From Polyangiales bacterium (GTDB lineage Bacteria > Myxococcota_A > Polyangia > Polyangiales > JADJQN01): a stretch of DNA of 64,000 nt. Made by a program: the position numbers and the translations under genes. Location of the stretch: positions 352,001-416,000 of the forward strand of contig CAXNJO010000003.1 in NCBI GenBank assembly GCA_964202905.1, in the 5' to 3' direction. This document shows, in pieces, positions 54,773 to 64,000 of the stretch; position 1 is the stretch's first letter, and every line of letters starts with the position of its first letter. Below the pieces are notes generated by a model, which worked only from the letters and a program-made list of their open reading frames with translations, was not told the DNA's origin and did not search any database.

Positions 54773-55708
54773 ATGCACGCACACACCCCGCCCGCAGCCG
54801 CGATCCCCGCCGATGGCGCCCTGCCCGGTCTCGTCCCCGCGCCCGGCGGATCGCACGCGGCGCACGGTTCGGGGGTCCACGCCGCGCGCCCCGCGCGGAC
54901 GATCACGCCGCGCTCGCCGGACCTCGGCTTCGACGCGGTGCCGCGCTACTGGATGGCCCGGAGCGCGCTCGCGACGCAGGTCTCGAACGGCGTGAACCTG
55001 CTCTTCCCCGCGGGCGAGCGCTTCTTCGTGCGCTCGGTGCGGCACTACCTCGACCAGCTCGACGACGACGCGCTCCGCGCGCAGGTGAAGGGCTTCTTCG
55101 GGCAGGAGGGCCGGCACGCGCGGGCGCACGAGCGGCAGTTCGAGGCGCTCCGCGCGCAAGGCTACGACGTCGACGGCTTCCTCGCGTTCTACGAGCCGCT
55201 GCTCGCGCGCATCGAGGCGATGGCGCCGGCCGAGCTGAGGCTGTCGGTGACCGTCGCGCTCGAGCACTACACGGCCATCATGGCGCACGGCGCGCTCACC
55301 GATCCGCAGCTCGCCGCAGCGATGCACCCCGCGATGGCGCGCCTGCTGAAGTGGCACGCCGCCGAGGAGATCGAGCACAAATCCGTCGCCTTCGACGTGC
55401 TCGCAGCGGTGAACCCGAGTTACCGCCTGCGCCTCGCCGGGATGGGCGTCGCGACGCTCGGGCTCGCGGCGTTCTGGATCGGCTCGACCTCCTACCTCCT
55501 GCTGCAGGACCAGCGCGCCGGGCGCAGCCTCCGGGGCCACGACGTCGCGGTGATGCAGACGCGTGAACGCAGCATCGTGCGCGACGTGTTCGCGGCGGGG
55601 CTGCGCGCGTACCTGCGCCGCGATTTCCACCCGAACGAGGTCGACGACTACGCGCTCGCCGCGCAATTCCTCGCCGAATCGGGCATCGACGAGCCCGCCG
55701 CGGCCTGA
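54773..55708 (+). CDS. Predicted metal-dependent hydrolase (ferritin-like, PF10118 type)
   Basis: FPAGERFF, QEGRHARAH, LEHYTA, WHAAEEIEHKSVAFDV. Confidence 0.85.
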   Translation: MHAHTPPAAAIPADGALPGLVPAPGGSHAAHGSGVHAARPARTITPRSPDLGFDAVPRYWMARSALATQVSNGVNLLFPAGERFFVRSVRHYLDQLDDDALRAQVKGFFGQEGRHARAHERQFEALRAQGYDVDGFLAFYEPLLARIEAMAPAELRLSVTVALEHYTAIMAHGALTDPQLAAAMHPAMARLLKWHAAEEIEHKSVAFDVLAAVNPSYRLRLAGMGVATLGLAAFWIGSTSYLLLQDQRAGRSLRGHDVAVMQTRERSIVRDVFAAGLRAYLRRDFHPNEVDDYALAAQFLAESGIDEPAAA

Positions 55709-55724
55709 TGCGCGCGCCGCGGCG

Positions 55725-55782
55725 GCGCGCCTCAGGCGTGGGCTTCGGCCGCGCGCCTCAGGCGTGGGCTTCGGCCGCGCGC
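55725..55782. repeat. 26-bp tandem duplication of the def 3' end
   Basis: GCGCGCCTCAGGCGTGGGCTTCGGCC at 55725 and 55751. Confidence 0.85.
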
Positions 55783-56270
55783 TTGCGCATCGCGCGGTCG
55801 ATCATGCGGCGCTTCAACATGCCGACGCGGTCGACCATGAGTTTGCCGTCGAGGTGGTCGTTCTCGTGCTGGATCGCGATGGCGAGGAGGCCGTCGGCCT
55901 CGAGCTCGAAGGGGTTGCCGTGGCGATCGAGCGCGGTGACCTTCACGCGCTCGGCGCGGTCGATCTCCTCGGTGACGCCCGGGAAGGAGAGGCAGCCCTC
56001 GTCCCAGCAGACCTCGCCGACGGCCTCGACGATCTCCGGGTTCACGAAGACGCGGAGGTCGCTCGGGTCGTCCGCGCCGGCGATGTCGATCACGAAGAGC
56101 CGCTGCGCGACGCCGATCTGCGTGGCGGCGAGGCCGACGCCGGGGGCCGCGTACATCGTCTCCGCCATGTCGTCGACGAGCGCCTGAAACGCGGCGCCGA
56201 AATCGGTGACGGGCGCGCCGGGGACGCGGAGGCGCTTGTCGGGGTAGTGGAGGATCGTGCGGATCGCCAT
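55758..56270 (-). CDS. def: Peptide deformylase
   Basis: GVGLAATQ, EGCLS, QHENDH. Confidence 0.95.
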   Translation of the reverse strand: MAIRTILHYPDKRLRVPGAPVTDFGAAFQALVDDMAETMYAAPGVGLAATQIGVAQRLFVIDIAGADDPSDLRVFVNPEIVEAVGEVCWDEGCLSFPGVTEEIDRAERVKVTALDRHGNPFELEADGLLAIAIQHENDHLDGKLMVDRVGMLKRRMIDRAMRKRAAEAHA

Positions 56271-56368
56271 GACGGGTACAGCCTCTCGATGACGCTTGCA
56301 GTCGGGCCATTCTGCGGATGACGCTCCGGCGGCGCAAGGGCGGCGCTGGGCCGCGCGAGGAGGCGACG

Positions 56369-57076
56369 ATGCGGGTCGAGACGTTCGGCGGGCTCGAGTG
56401 CGTGGTGACGGGCGGCAGCGATCGGAAGGGCAGCGGAGACGGGCCGGTCGTCGTGCTGCTGCATGGCTTCGGCGCGCCGGGGACGGATCTCGTCGGGCTC
56501 TGGCGCGCGCTCGACGTGCCGCAGGGGACGCGCTTCGTGTTCCCGGCGGCGCCGCTGCGCCTGCCGCCGATGTTCGGCGAAGGGCGCGCGTGGTGGATGA
56601 TCGACATGGCCGCGCTCGACCGCGCGATGGCGCGCGGCGAGTTCCGGCAGCTCACGCAGGAAGATCCGGCGGAGCTGCCCGCAGCCCGGGCGCGCGTGTC
56701 CGCGCTGCTCGACGAGGTGGACGCGCGGCTCGCGCCGGCCCGCGAGGCCGTGTACCTCGGCGGGTTCTCGCAGGGCGCGATGCTCGCGTGCGACGTCGCG
56801 CTGAGCGAGCCGGAGCGGCCACTCGCGGGGCTGGTGCTGCTCTCGGGGACGCTGCTCGCCGAGCCGCGCTGGCGGCGGCTCTTCGCGGGCCGGGCGGGGC
56901 TGCGCGTGCTGCAGAGCCACGGGCAGCACGACCCGATCCTGCCCTTCGGCGTGGCCGAGCGGCTCCGCGACGCGCTCGTCGAGGGCGGCGCGTCCATGGA
57001 GTTCGTCGCGTTCCGGGGGGGGCACGAGATCCCGATGCCCGTACTCGCGCGGCTCGGCGCCTTCGTGTCGGCGTAG
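56369..57076 (+). CDS. Phospholipase/carboxylesterase (alpha/beta hydrolase)
   Basis: LHGFGA, GGFSQGAM, HGQHDP, GGHEI. Confidence 0.88.
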   Translation: MRVETFGGLECVVTGGSDRKGSGDGPVVVLLHGFGAPGTDLVGLWRALDVPQGTRFVFPAAPLRLPPMFGEGRAWWMIDMAALDRAMARGEFRQLTQEDPAELPAARARVSALLDEVDARLAPAREAVYLGGFSQGAMLACDVALSEPERPLAGLVLLSGTLLAEPRWRRLFAGRAGLRVLQSHGQHDPILPFGVAERLRDALVEGGASMEFVAFRGGHEIPMPVLARLGAFVSA

Positions 57077-57269
57077 CGCGCCCGCCGCGACGGCGCGCAC
57101 GTTCGTGGGCTGCGGCAGGGCGCGGCGACGCGAACCATGACGCACCGATCAAGAATCCGCCCCGATCACTGACTCGCCGGTCCGGAGACGGGCCGGCGCG
57201 CTGCGGAGCGCGCGACGCGGCGGCCGTTCGCGGCGCGCGTGGGGAGGCCGCTCTCCGTGACGGACGCGC

Positions 57270-59617
57270 TCAGGCCTCGAGCGCGCGCGCGTAGCGGACG
57301 CGGAGGCGCGCATCGGCGAGGACGTCGAGCGCGTCGTCGAGGGCCGCGAGCACCGCCTCCCGTGCGGGCTCGAGCGAGGCGAGGCCGAGCGCCTCGAGCG
57401 GGAGACCACGGACGGCGCGGACGCGCTCCTCGTGCGCGGCGTGCAGCTCGCGCTCGCGCGCGTCGCGGGCGACGCCGAGGACCGCGAAGTAGTCGGCGTC
57501 CTCGGCGAGCAGCGCCAGGGCGGCGAGCTCGGCGCGCGCGACCGCCGCGGCCTCGTGGCTCACCGGGGGCGCGGCGGGGGCGGCTTCGACGCGGAGCGCG
57601 CCGGCCCGCACGAGGGCGAACACCGCGCCGGCGACGCCCTCCTCCGGTGGCGCCGCGGCGGTGAGCGCGTCGAGCGTCGCACCGGCTGCGTCACAGACGA
57701 GCGCGGCGAGCTCGGGCGCGAGGCCCGCCTCGGCGACACGCGCGGCGCAATCGGCCGTCGGCAGGAGGCGCACCGGGCCGGGACCGAGCAGCGACGCGAC
57801 GCGCGCGGGCTCGAGGCGGCGGCGCGCGCCCTCGACGACGAGCGCGAGCAGGGAACGCGAGAACGGGCGCGGCACGTGGGGCAGCGCGTCGCGACGGGTG
57901 GGCTCGAGGGGCGCCAGCTCGTAGTGCGCGCGACGCGAGGCGAGCACGGCGTAGAGGGCCTCTTCGCGGGCTCGTGCGAGGCGTCGCTCGAGCTCGAAGC
58001 GAGAGAGCAGCCCGGCGGCGACGCGGCGCTCGAGGAGTTGCTGCGCGGCCGGCTCGTCGGCCGGCTCGTCGACGATCCGGCGCTCGCGGCGCAGCTGCGC
58101 GACGACGCGCGTCGCGGCGTCGGCGGCGAACACGCGCGCCTCGCCATCGAGCAGCGTGACGCACACCTCGCCGACCGCGGGCTCGAGGTCGCGGAGGCGG
58201 AGCTCGCCCTCGGCGCCCGAGAGCGCGAGCCGCGCGAAGAGGTCCACGAGCCCCGCGTCGCCGAGTCGTGCCCGCGCGCGCGACGGCCTCGACGGGTCGG
58301 GCGTCGGCCGCCTGCGTCGCCGGTCCGCGCCGCCGCGCTAGGGGGGGGCGCGTGTCGGCGGCGCTCGAGCCACCCGGCGTCGCCGGTGACGCGCGGTTCG
58401 GCGACCGCGCGGACACCGCGGGCTGCGCGGGCGCTGCTGGTCGTGGGCGCGCGCCCGGCCCCTTCGTCGCCCGCGCCGGTGCCGGTGCCCGTCCTCACAC
58501 CGACGCCGCCCTGCGCGCCGCCGACCCGCTGCGCGCCCGTGTGTTCGCCTGGCTCCGAGCCCGCGGAGGTGCCGCCCGCCCGGTCGAAGCGGCTCGCGCG
58601 CGGCGTGAAGGGGCTCGGCGTGCGCGACGAGCCGATGCCGCTGCCGGGCGTGCGCAGCGGTGCGGGCGTGCCGCTCTGCGGGACGACGGGGCCGATCTGC
58701 GTGAAGGACTCGAGCGGGTCTTCGTCGGGCGCGTCGGGGCTCACGGCGACGTCCTCGAGGAGCTCGTCGGGGACGAGGCGATCGGGCGGCTCGTGCCCGG
58801 CGGCGAACCGCAGATCGAGCGGCTCGGCCCCGGGGAAGACGCGGCGATCGGCGGCGACGAGGATGTCCTGCAGGCGCGGGGAGATGTCGCTGGCCGGCTC
58901 GGACGGGTGCGACGCAGGTGCCGCCGCGGACGCGTCCGGCGGTGCCGACAGCGGCGCAGGCTGCGAGGACGACGCGGGCGACGACGACGCGGGCGACGAC
59001 GGCGACGGCTGCGAGGACGACGCGGGCGAGGACGACGCGGGCGAGGACGACGACCCGACGGGCTCCGAGGCCCCCACATGCGCCGGCGAAAACACCCCGG
59101 AGAGCGCGAGGGGCACCCCGTCTGCGTCGAGGCGCAGCGTGCGCTCGGGGCCCGAATCGCGGCCGACCCGATGCACGACGCTCGCATCGGCAGACTCCGA
59201 GTCCGGGCGGAGCGCGTCACCGCGGTCACGCTCGCCGCGGGCGGCGTACGCGACGCGCGGATCGCCCGCCTCGTGCACGCCGCTGCGCTCGGCGACGAGG
59301 TGCGACTCCGCGCGCTGCGCGAGGGCCGCGGCATCGACCGGTCGGGCGAGCCACGCGATCGACCCCGCCGCGGGCTCGCCGTGCGGAGGCGCACCGACGA
59401 GCAGCGCAACCGGGCCGCCCCGCGCCCGCAGCGACGCGAGCGCCGCGAGACCGCCCGGCGCATCGAGCGCGAGCACCACGAGGGCCGCCTCGCTGCCCTG
59501 CGCAAGCTCGTCGGCGCCGCGCTTGACGACCACGAAGCCGCGCGCGCGGAGGGCCGCGCGGATGGCGTCCCCCTCGATCGGATCGGCGACTTCGATGCGG
59601 AAAATCGGCACGGACAC
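57270..59617 (-). CDS. Multidomain protein: degenerate receiver-like N-terminus, low-complexity linker, DUF4388 and J-domain-like C-terminus (frameshifts around 58270-58430)
   Basis: ORFs 57560..59617 and 57270..58247 join. GT-LGDAGLVDLF matches a DUF4388 start; DYFAVLGV is J-like. Confidence 0.55.
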
Positions 59618-59776
59618 GGAGCACTCTATCAGGAGACGCGGGGCCCCGACGCGCCCTTCGCGACCGGCGCCGGTGCCTCCCTCGCCGCGCAGCGCCGCGC
59701 AGCGCCGAAGGCCGAACCGACGCGCCGGAGGCCGAGCCGCCGCGCCGCGCCGAAGGCTGCTGGGACGGGGGCGTCT

Positions 59777-60742
59777 TCACCCGCTGCGCGGGTGCGCGAG
59801 GAGCCAGTCGAGCACACGCGCCGTCGCGCCGGGCGCCGGGCTCGGGATGTGCGCCGCGCCCTCCATGCGCCAGAGCTCGACGCCGACGCCCTCGGGGCAA
59901 CCATCATGCATGAAGGGGATGGTCTCCGGCCCCGCGACCGTGCCGTCCCAATCGAAGGACGCGCCGGTCGTGCGCGTGTCCGCGCACCCGCTGCGTCGCG
60001 CCCAGTGCAGGGCCATCTCCTCCGCGGAGACGTACGGCCCGACGAGACGGAACTCGCCACCCTCGTAGAGGATGGTGTCGTCTGCCGTGCCATGAAAATG
60101 CAGGGCGCTCACGGGCAGCGGGAGCGTCTCGCAGACGGGCATCGCGTCCTCGGTGCCGGCGAGCGCGGCGAGCGCCGCGATGCGCGCGGGATACGCGCAC
60201 GCGAAGCGGTACGCCATGAACGCGCCGTTCGAGTGTCCGAGCAGCGAGACGCGCGCGGGGTCGACGGGCACGGTCGCGCTCGCCTCGTCGAGCAGCGCGG
60301 CGAGGTACGCGACGTCGTCGACGCCGAGGCCCTCGAGCGAGCGCGTCGCGGCCCAGAAGCGGTCACCGCCCGCGTCGGGCGTGCCGTTCGGGAGCAGCAC
60401 GTAGACGCCGCGCTCGCGCGCCGCGCGGCTGAGGCCGAGGTAGCTGTCCTCGATCGCGGCGGACGCGCCGTAGCCGTGGAGGAGCACCACGAGGGGCAGC
60501 GGCGTCACGCCGTCGTGCGCGGGCGGCAGGCCGAGCGTCGCGCGTCGTGCGGGCGGCCCGAGGCGCAGCGCCGTCGGCGGGCCCGCGTCGGGCGCGGCGT
60601 CGGTCGACGCGCCGGCATCGCGCGGCGGTGCGTCATCGGGCGAGTCGCAGGACGTGGCGGCGAGGCCGAGCGCGACGGGGATCGTGGCGGCGCGCGCGAG
60701 GGCGCGGAGACGGGCGACGCGGGGCGCGACGGGGAGGCTCAC
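59777..60742 (-). CDS. Esterase lipoprotein, PHB depolymerase/LpqC-like
   Basis: Lipobox ATSC; LLHGYG, DDVAYL, GHSNGAFMA, HGTAD. TACCGT 6 nt before GTG. Confidence 0.85.
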   Translation of the reverse strand: MSLPVAPRVARLRALARAATIPVALGLAATSCDSPDDAPPRDAGASTDAAPDAGPPTALRLGPPARRATLGLPPAHDGVTPLPLVVLLHGYGASAAIEDSYLGLSRAARERGVYVLLPNGTPDAGGDRFWAATRSLEGLGVDDVAYLAALLDEASATVPVDPARVSLLGHSNGAFMAYRFACAYPARIAALAALAGTEDAMPVCETLPLPVSALHFHGTADDTILYEGGEFRLVGPYVSAEEMALHWARRSGCADTRTTGASFDWDGTVAGPETIPFMHDGCPEGVGVELWRMEGAAHIPSPAPGATARVLDWLLAHPRSG

Positions 60743-60771
60743 GTCGCGACGGTACCACCGCGCGCGACCGA

Positions 60772-62389
60772 TCACGGCACCGAGAGCGGCACGGCGAGGC
60801 TCTCGCGCCCGCCGCGCGCGATCGCGCTCGCGGCCCACGCGCCGGTGGTGAGCGTGAAGCCGTCGACGTCGGCGTCGTAGACGCGCGCGAGCTCGTACGC
60901 GCCGCCCGCCTCGCGGTAGACGGCGAGGAAGCGCGCGTCCGGGCCGGGCGCGCCGACGACCACCGCGCCGCCCTCCGACCGCGATCGATCGGTGCGCGCA
61001 GGCCGCGGAGAGGACGCGAGGCGCGGGATCACGGGCGCGAGCGCGGGTGTCGCGTAGAGGCCACCCGCGAGGGCCGTGCGCACGCCGAGCAGATCGGCGT
61101 CGAGGTTCTCGTAGCGGAAATGCACGCTGCCCATCACGCGGCCCGCCCGGCGCGAGGTCGCGGACGGCCTGGACCTGCGCGAGCAGCTCGTCACGCGTCC
61201 ACGAGGCGGTCGAGCCGAGCCGGTAGAGCGCGTGCCCCGCGAAGACGTGCTCGCCCGCGTCGGCCTGCTCGCCCCACCACGTGAGCAGCGGCACGAAGGC
61301 CTGCGCCGCCTGCGTCGTCGGCCAATAAAGCTGGGGCGCGACGTAGTCGACCCAGTCCGCGTCCATCCAACGTTTGGCATCACAATAGATGGTGGCGTAG
61401 GCGTCGAGACCGCGGATCCCCTCCGGCATGCCCGGCCGGTAGATGCCGAAGGGCGAGATGCCGAAGCGCATCGCGGGGCGCTCGGCGAGGAGCGCCGCGC
61501 GCACCTCGCGCACGAGCGCGTTCACGTTCTCGCGGCGCCAGTCACCGAGGGAGAGCGCGCCGCCGCCATCGCGGTAGGCCGTGTACGTCGCGTCGTCCGG
61601 AAACGGCGTGCCCGAAGCGTCGGGGTACGGGTAGAAGTAGTCGTCGAAGTGCACGCCATCGACGTCGTAGCGGCGCGCGAGATCCGCGACGACCGCGACG
61701 ACGTGCGCGCGGACGGCGGGCGCGCCCGGATCCATGACGACGCCGCTGCCGTAGCGGATCGCGTGCGCGGAGAGCGTGCGCGTGACGTGGTTCGGCGCGG
61801 CCGAGGCGCTCGCGCTGACGAGGCCGCGGTAGGGGTTGAGCCACGCGTGCACCTCGACGCCGCGCGCGTGCGCGAGCGTGAGGAGTTCGGTGAGTGGGTC
61901 GTAGCCGGGGTCTCCGCCCTGCGTGCCCGTGAGCACGCGGCTCCATGGCTCGAGCGACGAGGAGTAGAGCGCGTCGGACTCGGGGCGCACCTGGAACACG
62001 ATGGCGTTGAGCCCGGCCGACGCGGTGCGCTCGACGATGGCGGCAAGCTCCGCGCGCGCCGCAGACGCGGAGAGCCCGCTGCGGCTCGGGAAGTCGAGGT
62101 TCGACACGCTCGCGACCCACACCGCGCGGAACTCGCGCGGCGCCGAGACCTCGATGAGCGGGATGGGATCGCCCGCATCGAGCGCGTCCGCATCGGCCAC
62201 GTAAGCGTCGACCGAGGCACCATCTTCGGGGGTGGCATCACGCGGCGCACCGTCGACCGGCGCGGCGTCGGGCGCGACGCGCGTTCCGGCATCGGGCGCG
62301 CCCTTGACGCCGCTGCATGCGGCGAGCGAGAGCGCGAGCAAAGCAAGCGCGAGCGTGCACGCAGCGCGGCGGGAGCAGAGGTCGGACAT
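60772..62389 (-). CDS. Glycosyl hydrolase-like 10 (YddW/DigH-like) lipoprotein; apparent frameshift near 61148
   Basis: Lipobox LAAC; EFRAVWVASV.NLDFP, FQVRP, HAWLNPYR, DGVHFDDYFYP, GISPFG, PQLYW. Confidence 0.85.
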
Positions 62390-62447
62390 GCGCGCGACGA
62401 TAGCCGACGTGATGCAATGCCGCGCGAGCGCGTGTAGGTTGGCGCCC

Positions 62448-64000
62448 ATGGCGCAGGCAGGAATCGGGTTCAACGCCACTCGGCACGTCGCGCGCGCCGC
62501 ACGACGCGGCACCGCAGCGTTCGCCATCGCGTGGCTCGGCGCGGCCTTCCTCGCCGCGAATCACGCGTCCGCCCAGCCGCTCCTCGTGATCGACGCCGGG
62601 CACGGCGGCGCGGATCCGGGCGCGGTCGGCTGCTCCCTCGAAGAGGAGGACATCGTGCTCGACGTCGCGCTGCGGCTGCGCACGCTGCTCGAGGCGGGCG
62701 GGCTCCGCGTGGCCCTCACGCGCGACATGGACGAGAGCGTGGGGCTGAGCGCGCGGGCTTCGTTCGCGAACGCGATGAGCGCCGACGGCTTCGTGAGCAT
62801 CCACTCGAATGCGAACGGTGGCACCCCCGCGAGCGGCACCGAGACCTTCATCTCGAATGCCGCAGGCGCCCGATCGCTGTCCCTCGCCACGCTGCTCCAG
62901 CGCGAGATGATCGCCGAGTGGGGGCTGCCCGATCGCGGCGTGAAACGCGCGGATTTCGTGGTCGTGCGCGACACGGCGATGCCCGCGGCGCTCACGGAGC
63001 TCGCCTTCACCAACCGCTGCGATCCGGACGCGATGCTGCTCGGCAATCCCGACGAGCGTCAGGCGATGGCGGGCGCGAAGGCGCGCGCGGTCTTCGAGTG
63101 GCTCGGGGTCGCGCCCACGATGGGCGGGACGATGCGCGGCGTGGTCTTCGAAGATCAGGGGGTCGGCACGATGGATCTCTCGGTGAGGCTGCCGGGCGCG
63201 ACGGTGCGCGTGATCGAGACGGGCGCGACGGCCACCGCTGCAGCGGGCGACGGTGCGTGGTCTTTCACGCTCCCGCCCGGCACGTACACGGTCGAAGCGA
63301 GCGCCGCGGGCCACGTCACCGCGTCGCGCACTTGCGACGTGACGGGCGGCGGCACGACCTGGTGCTCGGTGGGGCTCTTCCCGAGCGGCGCGACCGCCGA
63401 TGCGGGTGTCGCGGACGACGCGGGACAGGCCGCAGACGCCGCGATTCCCGGTGATGCGGCGACACCGGGACCGACGGCGCTCGAGCCTTCGGGCTGCGGC
63501 TGCACCGTCGCGCGCGGACGCGACGGACGCGGCGTGCTCGCGCTCTTCGCTTCGCTCGCGCTCTGGGGGCTCGGTCGACGCCGTCGCGGCGCGGCCGCAC
63601 GCACGCGAGGCGCCGCCGTCGTGATCGCGATGGGCACGGGGCTCGTCGTGCTTGTGACCGGCTGCGGCGGCTCCGGCCCCGCCGGCGATCCCGTCTCCGC
63701 GACGCGCGCAGCCGCGGAATCCGAGGCGGTCGTGCACGCCACGCCCGGCGCCCCCGTCCGCGTCCTCCACGAGCGCGAGCTGCTGCTCGTCGTCGACGAA
63801 GGCGCGGGCCCGCTCCCGCTCACCGTGCCGTATCTCGCGCCCGATGGCGCAGCGCTCGTCGCCGCGCCGGCCGATGTGCACGCGCTCTACGCCGTCTCGC
63901 TGGCCACGCCCGCCGACGCGGCGCACGGCACCCCCGCGCGCCCTCGCCTCCTCTGCGCGACAGCGCACTGCGGCTACGAGCCGCGCTTCCTCGACGCGCG
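62448..64000 (+). CDS. N-acetylmuramoyl-L-alanine amidase (Amidase_3) with carboxypeptidase-regulatory-like domain, internal MYXO-CTERM-like signal and further domain; 3' truncated
   Basis: Translated by hand (absent from the ORF track because it has no stop in the window): IDAGHGG.DPGA, E, LTR, SIHSNA, PAALTELAF. TAGGTT 7 nt before ATG. Confidence 0.85.
   Translation, partial: MAQAGIGFNATRHVARAARRGTAAFAIAWLGAAFLAANHASAQPLLVIDAGHGGADPGAVGCSLEEEDIVLDVALRLRTLLEAGGLRVALTRDMDESVGLSARASFANAMSADGFVSIHSNANGGTPASGTETFISNAAGARSLSLATLLQREMIAEWGLPDRGVKRADFVVVRDTAMPAALTELAFTNRCDPDAMLLGNPDERQAMAGAKARAVFEWLGVAPTMGGTMRGVVFEDQGVGTMDLSVRLPGATVRVIETGATATAAAGDGAWSFTLPPGTYTVEASAAGHVTASRTCDVTGGGTTWCSVGLFPSGATADAGVADDAGQAADAAIPGDAATPGPTALEPSGCGCTVARGRDGRGVLALFASLALWGLGRRRRGAAARTRGAAVVIAMGTGLVVLVTGCGGSGPAGDPVSATRAAAESEAVVHATPGAPVRVLHERELLLVVDEGAGPLPLTVPYLAPDGAALVAAPADVHALYAVSLATPADAAHGTPARPRLLCATAHCGYEPRFLDA

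Noticed and set aside
59777..62527. Apparent 916-aa GHL10-esterase fusion
   Set aside because: A frameshift near 61148 carries the frame across. The GHL10 C-terminus is in another frame ending at 60772, and the esterase has its own lipobox and start.

Overview
Very GC-rich chromosomal window from a probable myxobacterium (Myxococcota, Polyangia/Sandaracinus-like), judged from MYXO-CTERM tails, DUF4215-type Cys-rich repeats, an MXAN_5187-like protein, Ser/Thr kinases and a Tgl/PilF-like lipoprotein. It is gene-dense (about 58 CDS) with one tRNA-Leu(CAA) and a probable 6S RNA. I see no CRISPR array, prophage, integrase or transposase. Contents: a plsB-like/gpsA-like/Fe-ADH-like lipid operon, dusB, rnd, dciA, a trpF-like gene, a chemosensory cluster with no MCP (cheY-cheA-cheW-cheW-GAF-cheY), recO/rodZ-like/tgl-like/crp, a surface block (GH31 lipoprotein, OmpA, Cys-rich MYXO-CTERM protein), oppDF, MATE, speB, yitJ, a sigma32-family factor with a sigma54 promoter, tdk, divergent Ser/Thr kinases, ppx, mqnD, a Cu monooxygenase, pduO, fmt/def and divergent peptidoglycan hydrolases. 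Most notable observations: (1) an amidase whose MYXO-CTERM sorting signal is internal and runs in frame into a second lipoprotein-like signal, a possible two-product polyprotein; (2) a pervasive TANNNT box 5-9 nt before start codons, suggesting leaderless mRNAs; (3) several enzyme homologues lacking catalytic residues; (4) an orphan 6S-like RNA. Several single-base insertions break ORFs and look like sequencing or assembly errors. All family assignments come from motif recognition by eye, not from database searches.
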